Below, one piece after another: positions 1 to 10,100 of a stretch of 64,000 nucleotides of DNA. The notes beneath the pieces were generated by a model. The model worked only from the letters and a program-made list of their open reading frames with translations. It was not told the origin of the DNA and made no database searches. The first letter of the stretch is position 1. Each line of letters begins with the position of its first letter. A program made the translations under genes and the position numbers. This DNA is from Candidatus Obscuribacteraceae bacterium (GTDB lineage Bacteria > Cyanobacteriota > Vampirovibrionia > Obscuribacterales > Obscuribacteraceae): assembly GCA_044229845.1 (NCBI GenBank), contig JBGASG010000002.1, positions 320,001-384,000 of the forward strand, written 5' to 3'.

Positions 1-786
1 ATCCGTGATGCGCAATCCAAGGCATTGCAGCGGCTACGAGGCGCGAGGCACCATCGTTTTCAGTTGACCATGTCGGAAGCGACCAGCGGCTCATTTCTTG
101 GTCACTATCTGGCACTGGTGCTGTCGCTCGGCATGATTGTGTTTTTCGTGGCGCCACCAGGTCCGGTGAAACAAATCACGGACATTGAACTGGTGCCGCC
201 GGCTCCTGAGCCTCCGCCACCCAAGCCAAAGACTCCCGATCCGCCCAAGCCTAAAGAGCAGCCGGTGAAGGTCGAGCAGCCAAAACCTCAACCGAAGAAA
301 CCAGAACCGCCGAAGCCGACTCCGGTCGCAATTGCGGTAAAGACCGACACACCTACGCCTGACCCGGTTGTTCAGTCAGACACGCCGGCACCATCTCCCC
401 AACCAGACCCAACTCCGTCCACCCCAGGTCCTGCCGGCGGCGGTGGCGGCGGCACTTCGGATGGAGGCGGCGGCGGTGACGGCATCGATTTCGGACCCTA
501 CCTGTCTGAGATGCAGCGCCGCATCAAGCGGGCATGGTTCCCCCCCAAAGGTAATGAGTCGAAGAAGATCGTGATGAAGTTCACGATCCACAAAGACGGG
601 TCGGTGACCGACATTCGCTTGTCGCGCTCATCCGGACTGCAAATTGCAGATGAAGCTGCGATGACTGCGATTCAGAACGCAGGATTGCCACCACTGCCAC
701 CCGGCACAGATGATCAGGTGCAGGTGAAGTTTACCTTCGACTATAACGTGTTCAACGGAACCGGCGGCGGCGCTTCAGTTCGCTAA
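1..786 (+). CDS. TonB/TolA C-terminal domain protein (5'-truncated)
   Basis: Frame is open from base 1. TM helix (HYLALVLSLGMIVFFV), Pro/Lys-rich linker, Gly linker, then TonB_C motifs (YLSEMQRRIKRAW, FTIHKDGSV, SSG..ADEAA, VKFTFDY). Confidence 0.85.
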   Translation: MRDAQSKALQRLRGARHHRFQLTMSEATSGSFLGHYLALVLSLGMIVFFVAPPGPVKQITDIELVPPAPEPPPPKPKTPDPPKPKEQPVKVEQPKPQPKKPEPPKPTPVAIAVKTDTPTPDPVVQSDTPAPSPQPDPTPSTPGPAGGGGGGTSDGGGGGDGIDFGPYLSEMQRRIKRAWFPPKGNESKKIVMKFTIHKDGSVTDIRLSRSSGLQIADEAAMTAIQNAGLPPLPPGTDDQVQVKFTFDYNVFNGTGGGASVR

Positions 787-800
787 GCGTCAGGAAGCTC

Positions 801-822
801 ACGCTGCACGGCAGCGTTTCTT
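801..822. terminator. Possible intrinsic terminator between convergent genes
   Basis: ACGCTGC-ACG-GCAGCGT hairpin followed by TTCTT. Confidence 0.4.
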
Positions 823-839
823 CGCTGAGCTGGCAGGAT

Positions 840-1370
840 CTAGCTTGAAGGATCTCTGCTGGCAAGAGTGCGTTGTGCGCGCTCAGCAGCGGACTTCACG
901 AGCGCCAGGCGTTGTTTGACTTTAGCTTTCGTGAATTGGTTGACGAACATCTGCGGCAGACCGGTGTCTACGAAATTGGTCAACTGCAGCTCGGTGGTGT
1001 TGTTGTCGACCGGCTTCAAGACCCAGCTTCCAGACATGTCTTTGAACTTATCAGACTTCACCATGTGATAGTCGATGCGTTGATGGGGCACTTCATTTGA
1101 CTGAAACAAAACTGTTGCAGTACCGATGACAGGCAGTTTGCTGAACTTTTGTTCAAGCATCGAAGTGTTACCACTGCGAGACAGAACTTTACTGTAGATG
1201 AGATCTGGATCAGTGCTCCGTTGATCGGCTACAGCCTGCCATACCACTTTAGGTGGGGCCTCGATGATGATCGAACTGGAAACACCTTTGGATTTTGCAT
1301 GTGATTCCAGAGTCATGGCCGGCATGAAGCTCACAGCCATACCGATGGAAAGCGCAAGGAGACTCCGCAT
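840..1370 (-). CDS. SRPBCC/START (polyketide cyclase/lipid-binding) family protein with signal peptide
   Basis: Signal peptide, then IEAPPKVVWQAVAD...RIDYHMVKSDKFKDMSGSWVL...TELQL; GAGG RBS upstream. Confidence 0.75.
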   Translation of the reverse strand: MRSLLALSIGMAVSFMPAMTLESHAKSKGVSSSIIIEAPPKVVWQAVADQRSTDPDLIYSKVLSRSGNTSMLEQKFSKLPVIGTATVLFQSNEVPHQRIDYHMVKSDKFKDMSGSWVLKPVDNNTTELQLTNFVDTGLPQMFVNQFTKAKVKQRLALVKSAAERAQRTLASRDPSS

Positions 1371-1501
1371 TGATACCTACCTCTGGCATTTCGCCGCCAG
1401 ACACACAACCGCTTACGTAGGTCTTTTGACGTAGTGGTCGTTTTCGTGTTCCAAACGGTGCAAAAGGATATACAAAGGGCGCCAAATTCACCTGACTCAT
1501 C

Positions 1502-1507
1502 TATAAT
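1502..1507 (+). promoter_or_regulatory. Putative -10 box (TATAAT)
   Basis: Exact TATAAT about 30 bp upstream of the AAGGA-preceded GTG at 1536. Confidence 0.35.
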
Positions 1508-1535
1508 TACAACTGGGCTGTTAAGGAATTTAATC

Positions 1536-2228
1536 GTGCGATTCGCCATAGGCCTTGTGGTCGCAGGTTTACTGTTGATGTGTTCGATTGCCGTTGCACC
1601 GGCGGTGCAGGCGGCAAACCCTGAAATTGCCACCAGTGTGCCGCATGTCACTGCCAGCGCCTCATCACTTCTCGAAGAGATGGAGACACATGCCTCCACA
1701 TTGAATGAATACAAATACGAGTGTGAAATCACCAGCCAGAAAGGCAGCAAGACCATCAAAGAGCAGGGGACTTTCTACTTTAAGAAACCCAATTCGATTC
1801 GCGTCGACGTCACCGCTGGACCAAAGAATGGCTCAGTCGCCGTACTGCGACCAGATGGTAAAGTGCGTGGACATATGGGTGGTTTGCTGAAGTATTTCAC
1901 GGGCACTGTTTCCGCTGATTCTTCTTTGCTGACCAGCACCACCGGTTTCTCACTGGTGCGCTCCGACTATAGAACACTGGCCACCGAACTGCGCAAGTAT
2001 GTGCGCCAGGGCTGGACCGCCGACGTGGAACGCACCGCCAGTGGTGGCAACTACGTCTTACAAATGAAGTCGCCGGAAGGCAAATTGGGCAAACGGATCA
2101 CGGTCGACGAAAAAACATACTTGCCTCTCGAGTGGGAAAACACATCGGGCGGTAAGTCCATCTCAGTATGCAAGTTCCGCAACGTCGTCGTCAATCCTGG
2201 TTTCTCCTCGACGCTTTTCAAAATTTAG
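1536..2228 (+). CDS. LolA-like outer-membrane lipoprotein/lipid carrier protein
   Basis: Signal peptide, GTFYFKKPNSIRVDV, ITVDEKTYLP, FRNVVVNPGFSSTLF. Start moved from 1434 to GTG 1536 (AAGGA RBS). Confidence 0.7.
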   Translation: MRFAIGLVVAGLLLMCSIAVAPAVQAANPEIATSVPHVTASASSLLEEMETHASTLNEYKYECEITSQKGSKTIKEQGTFYFKKPNSIRVDVTAGPKNGSVAVLRPDGKVRGHMGGLLKYFTGTVSADSSLLTSTTGFSLVRSDYRTLATELRKYVRQGWTADVERTASGGNYVLQMKSPEGKLGKRITVDEKTYLPLEWENTSGGKSISVCKFRNVVVNPGFSSTLFKI

Positions 2229-2243
2229 TTCCCAGTCCCAGAC

Positions 2244-4955
2244 CTAGGGTCTGCTCAGCTGCGCCTCGTCCGGATTGAGCATGACGCATAATGCCGTGGC
2301 ATAACGTTCGTTGACGCGCGTCGCCACCGGGCAGCGATATGGCTGTGCACCATACTGCGTGTTGATCGTCGTTGCAACTATTGCTTCACCGCCGGCCGCA
2401 TCAAATTTTTCAACCACAAATCCATTGCGGAAGGCGCCCTGAAAACCGGTTCCCAACGCCTTCGCCAGGGCTTCCTTGGCACACCATAGTTGTGCCACCA
2501 GTCGATCGCGGTCGACGCCGGTGACTGCGGAAAACAAATTTTGCTCCCCTTCGGAAAAGGCAAATTCAATAAATTCTTGATCGCGCGGCGCAATCGTCTG
2601 TAAATCGACACCGATCGGATATTCCGAATTGATGGCTACCGCGACGGCGACATCATCAGAGTGGGCAATCGAAATCCAGGGCGCCCAGCCCAGCACCTGA
2701 GCCAGCAAGGGTGAAATCACCGGACGCCCGCTTTCGTCATAGACGATCTCGACATCTTGATCCAGAAGACGCACCCCGCTGTGCCGCATCACCAGTTTGC
2801 GCACAGCTTCCTTGGCGGCGATGCGTCCGAGCAGCCACTGCGCTTTGCGCTGTTCCTCGCGCGCATGGGCACGCCAGAGGGCGCGTTCCGGCTCGGTAAG
2901 CAGATAATCGGCACACCAATCGACAACCACGGGGTCGGCTGAAAGAACGCTCTGCTCGCAGATTGCCGCCTCGCCATAGGAAGGGAGCGACATGTGCGAC
3001 AGCAATTCCGGAGCCGGTTGCGAAAACGACTGACTGGACGGGTCGTGTACAAAGTTGAGCCAGTTCTCGTCCAGAGCTATGCGCCGGCTGCTGATGTTGT
3101 TGAGGCGCAAGAGTAAGTTGCCGTCGTCGTTTGCGACCTCGACCGAAGCTTGAGTACCGCGCTCGGTTATGGCATGCAACTGCGCGCGTCCAAAAACTAG
3201 GTCCTGCAAATTGGGATACGCGAAGAACTCGATCGACTCTATATGAAAGGGCAAGAGCGCGATCACGGGCACCGGCTGTTCGAACAAATGGAATAACACC
3301 AGCTGACTGGCATTGTCCAGCAGCAATGGATTGAGAAGGAAGAGCGGTGACTGCAGCGAGCCAAACCACCCTTGCGGTTGGCGATCTGTGACCTCGCCGG
3401 TGATGGCGCGCGGAGCAACCGCAGTCAGGCGGCTAACCGCCTGCATACGCGGCCCGTGAAACATTGTGTACGGCGTATAAAGATCCGCGCCGGACAGGTG
3501 CGCGGCTCGCGCCTCCGGCAGCGCAGTAGTGGTGGCGTGCGGCAAGGGCGGATAGCCGTCTGCAAAGACTACATCGCAACTCATCATGGCATCTGCGGTC
3601 TCATCGTTTCCACGCCAGAGTTGCACCTGCACACGGTTTTGGGCGGCGAGAGTAGCAATGGCGCGCACGGCAAATCCCTCGGCGCCCACACGAATTCGTT
3701 CGCTGGCCCGCACGTTCTCCACTTTTACCACCGCTTTGTTGGTGCAGAGCATGGAGGCTGCCTCAGCCATAATCTCCAGTGCCACCATCAAAGGCAGCAG
3801 GTGCACTCGCTCACCGAATCCGAACAACTGCCTGACCGTGCCGCCGATGGCGTGGTCAAGCAAATACTGGTCCTCATTTAGTGTAAGCAGGTAGAGGACA
3901 TCGATCTGTCCCTCCGCCAACTGGCGAATGGTGCCCCGCAAAAACGGCAACCCCGACGACTCGACCTGTCCGCCGGTCTGTCCCATGTAAGCGTGGAAAA
4001 CCTGTCCTTGCACAGACATCAGTTGCTGATGAAAGCCCGCCATTGTCTGCAAATACTGCGCAACGGCCTCCGACCCACCGGCACTGACCGGCAACGACTC
4101 GGCGGCATATCCGGCCGGCGCGGCAGCGGCGTATCCGGTCTGGGGCTCGGCGTACGCCACCGTTGACGGTGCCGGCTGCGAGTAGACATGCGCTGCCAGT
4201 TTGGCGGCCATCCCCTGAGTAAACTGCGGATCTAGTTTCAGTTCGGGATACTTCAAGTCCAGCTTCTGCGGGCGCGAAGGCGGCGCCGCCACAGCTGAGA
4301 GGTCCAGCGAGTGCGGTGCCCGCTTACTGTAAAGGTTGAGCAGATTCATGTGCACGCCCTGCACGAACAGCTGTGCGAGCAGATGATGTATCTGCGTCAC
4401 GGCCGGGCGTCCGGCAAGATTGGAGGCGACCGCCACGTGTACTTTGTCGGCAAGAATGTCGCCGACCAGAGTAGTCAATCCCCCTTTCGGTCCGACTTCC
4501 ACGAAGACGCGTACACCCTCGGCGTACATACGCTCAATCGTTTCTCTCAGTTTGATCGGCTTCGAGAATAGCTCCGTGGTGATGCGGCGAATCGCCTCCG
4601 GATCGCGCGGCATCTCGCCGCCAGTGGAGCACAGCCAGGCGGTCTTGCTGGGCGCAGTGAAAGCCAGTTCACGAAACTCTTTCTGGCTGGTATCAATAGA
4701 ATCTTTAACCAGCTCGGTATGGTACGGAATGGCAATCGGCAAGAAGTGGAAGTCCACTGAATTCTGCTTCAGCACTTCGGCGCATCGTTTCATCGCCTCT
4801 TCCGAACCGGTCAAAATCACGTGCTGCGGTGCCAGATATGAAGACAGAAAGACGGGATTGGGAATCTGCATGAGCAGCGGCTCAACCGCTTCGTAGTCGG
4901 CAAACACACGCATGCTGCGCAGTTCTTCCAGTCGCTCTTCGGGCACCGCCTGAGC
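2244..4955 (-). CDS. Type I PKS/FAS subunit 2, 3' fragment: AT C-half, DH, C-terminal 4'-phosphopantetheinyl transferase
   Basis: PYHT and FVEVGP (AT); YLLDHAIGG and DNASQL (DH); WLLGRIAAKEA, IAHS, GVDLQ, WCAKEALAKALG (Sfp-type PPTase). Continues the upstream ORF in the -1 frame. Confidence 0.85.
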   Translation of the reverse strand, partial: AQAVPEERLEELRSMRVFADYEAVEPLLMQIPNPVFLSSYLAPQHVILTGSEEAMKRCAEVLKQNSVDFHFLPIAIPYHTELVKDSIDTSQKEFRELAFTAPSKTAWLCSTGGEMPRDPEAIRRITTELFSKPIKLRETIERMYAEGVRVFVEVGPKGGLTTLVGDILADKVHVAVASNLAGRPAVTQIHHLLAQLFVQGVHMNLLNLYSKRAPHSLDLSAVAAPPSRPQKLDLKYPELKLDPQFTQGMAAKLAAHVYSQPAPSTVAYAEPQTGYAAAAPAGYAAESLPVSAGGSEAVAQYLQTMAGFHQQLMSVQGQVFHAYMGQTGGQVESSGLPFLRGTIRQLAEGQIDVLYLLTLNEDQYLLDHAIGGTVRQLFGFGERVHLLPLMVALEIMAEAASMLCTNKAVVKVENVRASERIRVGAEGFAVRAIATLAAQNRVQVQLWRGNDETADAMMSCDVVFADGYPPLPHATTTALPEARAAHLSGADLYTPYTMFHGPRMQAVSRLTAVAPRAITGEVTDRQPQGWFGSLQSPLFLLNPLLLDNASQLVLFHLFEQPVPVIALLPFHIESIEFFAYPNLQDLVFGRAQLHAITERGTQASVEVANDDGNLLLRLNNISSRRIALDENWLNFVHDPSSQSFSQPAPELLSHMSLPSYGEAAICEQSVLSADPVVVDWCADYLLTEPERALWRAHAREEQRKAQWLLGRIAAKEAVRKLVMRHSGVRLLDQDVEIVYDESGRPVISPLLAQVLGWAPWISIAHSDDVAVAVAINSEYPIGVDLQTIAPRDQEFIEFAFSEGEQNLFSAVTGVDRDRLVAQLWCAKEALAKALGTGFQGAFRNGFVVEKFDAAGGEAIVATTINTQYGAQPYRCPVATRVNERYATALCVMLNPDEAQLSRP

Positions 4956-7078
4956 ACGTCGATGCTGCCCGACATAGTAATCGCCGCGAACTCGCCGGTG
5001 CTGCAACCGAGCAAGATATCCGGCTCGATTTCGAGGCTGCGCAGAAGCTCCGACAGAGCAAATTCGACCATCAAAACAGTGACGACGGCGGCATCCATTT
5101 TGGCCAGAGCCCCGGGGTCATCGCCGGAGGCCGTGCGCGGGAAGATTTTGGTGCTGGGCAGTTCGAGCTCGCCATTTTGCACAGCCAGGAAGTCGACATA
5201 ATCGAATACTTCGCGCACGTCAGGAAACTGCGCACACAGGTCGGCCAGCATGTTGGTGTAGGCGGAACCAAGACCGGGCAGGAGAAACGCCATCTTGCCC
5301 CGCGTGGCACTCTCAGGATTACGATAGTAAATGCCTGTCAGGTTGCCGTCCAAGCGCGGGCTGCGCTTGCTCAGCTCTTCAGCGAGCGCTGAGAGTTTCT
5401 GCAGAATGTCCTCGCGCGACCTGACGATCAATGCAGCACGATGCTGCATCTTTTCGTTGGGCTCGACAAAGTTCCACGAAAACGCCAGGTCCTTCAGGTC
5501 GACATTCTCGTGTGCCTCTACATAGCACCAGAGGTCGTGCGCCTTGCGACTGAGCGCTTCCGGAGAGTCTGCATTGAGAACAATCAATTCCGAATCCCAG
5601 GCATGCAGTTTCGACTGAAACTGATAGCTGGCTCGCTTGTCGTCTGGAGCTTCTTCGAGCACCACGTGGGCATTGATACCGCCAAATCCAAAAGCGCTGA
5701 CGGCCGCACGCCGCGGCTGGGCTTTCGTGTCCCAGGCAGCCGGATGGATCCAGGGACGCGTGCGGCTGTTGATATAACAAGGATGGCGATCCCAGCCGAC
5801 CTTGGCCAGCGGTTTCTCAACATGCAACGTCGGCGGCAACACTTTTTCATGGAGAGCCAGCGCCGTCTTGATCAAGCCCGCCGCCCCACTGGCTGCCTGG
5901 CAGTGACCGATCATCGACTTCACAGAACCCAGGGCACACCAGGAGCCTTTCGCTTCACCGCGCCACGCCTGCGCGATCGCTTGCAGTTCAGCCAGGTCAC
6001 CAGCAGTGGTGCCGGTGCCGTGCGCCTCCAGAAGAGCGATGCTGGATGGCGAAACTTGCGCCATCTCCAATGCCCGCTCGATTGCCAGCGCCTCGCCGTC
6101 CACAGAGGGAGCCAGCACGCTGGTGCCGGCGCCGTCGCTCGATGACCCGACCCCGATGATCGTGGCATATATGCGATCGCCGTCGGCAATGGCATCCTGC
6201 AACCGTTTCATCACCAGAATTCCGGCTCCTTCGCCGAGCAAGGTGCCATCGGCACGCTCATCGAAGGGGCGCAGCACGCCGGCGCGCGAAACGGCTCCCA
6301 GCCCACAGAACATCTGAAAGAAATATGCGCACGAGTTGATGTGAATGCCGCCGGCGACGACAAGATCCGCCTGCAATGAAAGCAAGTCGCGCACACCCAT
6401 TTCGACGGCTATCAAAGATGACGCGCATGCGGCATCCAGGACCAGGTTTCGTCCCTGAAAACCGAGCTTGCTGGCGATACGCCCGGCAATGACGTTCGGC
6501 ATGACACCGGGAATGGTGTCGGCATTGCACTGCTTGAGGCTGGCTCGCAGAGCCAATTCGATCTGGTGCAGATCATCACGGCTGTACTGGGGGCAGAGGG
6601 CATGCAAGGCATCCAGCACTTGCGCCACGGTCTGACCGTTCTGAATCAGGTTCATGGCGCCGACAGATGGTGCCATCGTCCGCCCCAGTATCACCTGAGC
6701 CTTTTCACGCTCGAATTCGCGCGTGGCATAACCGGCATCGGCCATGGCATCCAGAGCCAGTCGCAAAGCCAGCAGCTGATCAGGATCGGTGCCCGGAATG
6801 CTGTTCGGCATGACGCCGTACTTCAATGGATCGAAATCAGCGTACTCGGTGATGAAACCGGCCCGCGTCATATAGGAATGCTGAAACGCTCTCTCCGGAG
6901 GCGGCGGAGCGGACAATCCGGCGGAGTTCTGACCGTAGCGCGACGCGTCCCACTCATTGGGCGACACATCGCGAATAGAATCGACCCCGTTGACCAGGTT
7001 AGCCCAGTAACGCGTCAGGTCGGCCGCGCCTGGAAACAGTGCGGACATCCCGATGATCGCAACCGCCGGTCTAGTCAC
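4817..7078 (-). CDS. Type I PKS/FAS subunit 2, 5' fragment: KS and AT N-half (frameshifted near 4955)
   Basis: KS triad DAACASS / EAHGTGT / IGHCQAA; AT motifs FLLPGLGS and GCSTGEF. Goes out of frame after SIDVL. Confidence 0.85.
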   Translation of the reverse strand: MTRPAVAIIGMSALFPGAADLTRYWANLVNGVDSIRDVSPNEWDASRYGQNSAGLSAPPPPERAFQHSYMTRAGFITEYADFDPLKYGVMPNSIPGTDPDQLLALRLALDAMADAGYATREFEREKAQVILGRTMAPSVGAMNLIQNGQTVAQVLDALHALCPQYSRDDLHQIELALRASLKQCNADTIPGVMPNVIAGRIASKLGFQGRNLVLDAACASSLIAVEMGVRDLLSLQADLVVAGGIHINSCAYFFQMFCGLGAVSRAGVLRPFDERADGTLLGEGAGILVMKRLQDAIADGDRIYATIIGVGSSSDGAGTSVLAPSVDGEALAIERALEMAQVSPSSIALLEAHGTGTTAGDLAELQAIAQAWRGEAKGSWCALGSVKSMIGHCQAASGAAGLIKTALALHEKVLPPTLHVEKPLAKVGWDRHPCYINSRTRPWIHPAAWDTKAQPRRAAVSAFGFGGINAHVVLEEAPDDKRASYQFQSKLHAWDSELIVLNADSPEALSRKAHDLWCYVEAHENVDLKDLAFSWNFVEPNEKMQHRAALIVRSREDILQKLSALAEELSKRSPRLDGNLTGIYYRNPESATRGKMAFLLPGLGSAYTNMLADLCAQFPDVREVFDYVDFLAVQNGELELPSTKIFPRTASGDDPGALAKMDAAVVTVLMVEFALSELLRSLEIEPDILLGCSTGEFAAITMSGSIDVLRRCPKSDWKNCAACVCLPTTKRLSRCSCRFPIPSFCLHIWHRST

Positions 7079-7108
7079 AGGAGGTCTCCCGCAACTCGGC
7101 CGGGCTTA

Positions 7109-10100
7109 TCATTGGCTTGACCCCGACCTTAGAGCTTTGGGTTGGGAAGCGAAACGATTCAACGACTTGTTGCCGATGCCGCCCAGTCCTTCCACTACCA
7201 TCACCAGCTGATTCTGCTCGTTGTAGATAGCCAGATCGCAGAGCAGTTCGGTCTTGCCGGTATCCGGCGGAATAAAGACGCGACCAGTGAACGTGGTGCC
7301 CAGCGGTGCCTTGAAGTAGTGCAGCGCTTTGAAGCCGGTCGGTAACACTGTGATGTCGAGGTAGTGGCGAGCCCACACGCCGGCTAACTGCATAGCGCTG
7401 TCGAAGAGGATCGGATCGATCACCCACTCGGTCGCGCCAGGAGTCTGCAAGCATTCAGCAGGAGCGGATGGCGCCAGCGAGCCGACGATGCCGTCGATGC
7501 CGAGCGCGGACAATCCGGTGATGCCCTGGAATGCCGGTCCGTGGAACATGTAGTTGGTGTAGATGTGCTTCACCGTGGGCGGAGTCGCCTCCGCCTGTTC
7601 CAGAGTCGGTGCGTGAAAGGCGACCGGTACGGAAGTGGTGGCACCGGTAACTGTCGTGCCGCTGGTTTGCGACGGCGACGCACCCAACTCAATCAATGAC
7701 TTGAAGTGCACTTTGCCGGAGGCATTGCTGACGGAAACCCGCGCCAGCACCACCTGATTGGCGTGGCTCTCGGCAGTCACTTTGACGACCATCTTTTTGC
7801 TGGCAGTGTCAAAGACCAGCCCGGACGGAATATCCATTTCGGTGATGCGACGCAGCGTCATCCCGGGGAAGGTGGCGATGGCGGCTTCAGACATCAATTC
7901 CAGCGCAAATGCCATAGGCAGCACCGGCACTCCGTCGAACTTGTGGTCGTCGAGATAGCGGTCTTCGCCTGTGGACAGCGTCACTTCAAACTCAGCTTCA
8001 CCGGGTTGCGCACGGCGCACCTGGGCTTGACCGAGGCGCGCTCCCGCAGCCTTGACGGATGAGGCATCCAGCAGTTCACCACCACTGCCACCGCCGGTGT
8101 CGGACAGCTTGCCGACCAGCATTACTTCCGCATCGGATTTCTTGCCGTGCTGCAATTCTTCTATAAAGGAACGGCGGCCGTCGCCAACTTCGATCATCGC
8201 CCAGCCGTAGCGGGCAAATATTTCTTCCAGCTCCGGTTGCGCCATGCCGGCTTTCCACGGTCCCCACAGAAGTGAGGCGACGCGAGCATCGGTGGTCTGG
8301 TTCAGTTGTTGAGCCAGCTTGTTGAGGACTTCGTTGGCGGAGACGTAGTCGGATTGACCGGCGTTGCCTGTGCGTCCGACGATGGAGGAGAAGAAAGTGA
8401 GAAACTTCAGAGTGTCGAAGCGCAAGGCGGATGCCAGTGAGAACGCGCTGTTGACCTTGGTGAAGAAGACCCGATCAAACGACTCGACGGTCTTATCTTT
8501 GATATACGCATCTTCGATGATGCCGGCACCGTGTACGACACCATCGATGTTGCCGAACGATTCGTAGAGATTGCCAATGAATTCAGTAAACGCTTTCCGG
8601 TCGCGCACATCCACCGAGTTGTACATGACGGAGGCGCCCGCCTTGCGGATGCGAGCCAGGTTGTTGCGCACTTCGCGCTCGCGCATCAACTGCTGGTAGA
8701 TCGTCTCGACGCCGGCTACCGATACCGGTTTGCCCTGCGCCTTCAGTTTCTCCATGATGGCGGCTTTCACTTCGCGTGCCGTCTGGAAAGCAGCAGTAGA
8801 AGCATCTTCTTCGTCGACAGGCTTAGGCAGTCTGCCCACCAGAATGATCTGCGGCTGGTACTTTTCTGCCAGTTCAACCGCGATTTCCGCGGTGATACCG
8901 CGAGCACCACCGGTGATCAGAATTACGGACGACTTGTCCAGTTTCATGCCGCTGGTCAACTTTGTATCGACAGGAACCGCGACGATGTCCAATCCAAGAC
9001 GCTGCTCGCCTTGATAAGCAATTTCCACGACATCGCAATCGTGAGTCAATTCTTTCAGAATCAACTCAGCTCGCTGAGCCGGCTTCACCGCCGATTGAAA
9101 GTCCACGCATCGCACTTGCAGGTGCGCCCACTCTTTCTTGAATGTCTTGGTCAATCCCACGACGGCCGCCGAGACCGGCAGCGTGCTCGGTGACTCTTTG
9201 ACGCCGTCGAATCCAAAGGCGCCGCCCAGATCCACGGCTGAGACAACCGCGACACGCTGCTTGCTGCCGCTGAAATGCGGATGCAATGCTTTGCCCAGCA
9301 GGAAGAGCGAACGCACCGCCTGAGCCGACTTCTCGACGTCGTCACCGTCCACGTCCAACGCGGACAGATGAACAATCGCATCAATGGGAGCTTTCACCCC
9401 TGTCAGTTTCTTCTGCAGCGTTTCGGCACTGGCAAAGTCTTCGGACTTCAGCAAAGTGACGCTGGCGCCTTCGGTCTTCAGTTTCGAAGAAACTTTCTCA
9501 GCCAGCCCTTTGCCATCACCGATCACGATCGCCGAGGTGATCTTCGCGGGCTTTCCCTCGAGAGACACCGCTATCAGTTGCACTTGTCCGCGGCTCACTT
9601 CTTTGGCGAGCGTCGGTCCGGCTTCTGTCGATGCAACATTTGATGAGTTGATAGGGGAGGAAACGGTTCCGGCTGCGGCAGTTGCGTCGGTTGCAGCCGT
9701 GGCTTGGGCGGCTGGACCACCGCCACCGATATTTTCGCTCTTAATCCAATCGATGATGCCTTGCAGGGTTTTGGTGCCGGCGAGTTGCTCCAGGCTGCCC
9801 TCTAAGTGATCTTGCGTCGATTGAGGCAACAGCTTGCGGAAGCTGTTGAGAATTTCGACTCGCTTAATAGAATCGATGCCCAGATCGGCCTCCAGATCCA
9901 GTGCGGGATCGAGCATTTCCGGTGGGTAGCCGGTGCGTTGACTGACAATTTCCAGAAGTCCGGCAATCAGCTGCTCGGCGTTCATAGATTGGTCAGCAGC
10001 TTCATTGGACGGATCGCCACCATTGTTGCCGTGGTTGTGCGCATGGGGATCGCTGCCGTTACCGGAAGCGGCATAGCCGCTCGGGTCATGTCCGTTGGAG

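Noticed and set aside
4930..4975. Programmed -1 ribosomal frameshift
   Set aside because: No X XXY YYZ slippery site, and sequence appears to be missing from the AT domain.
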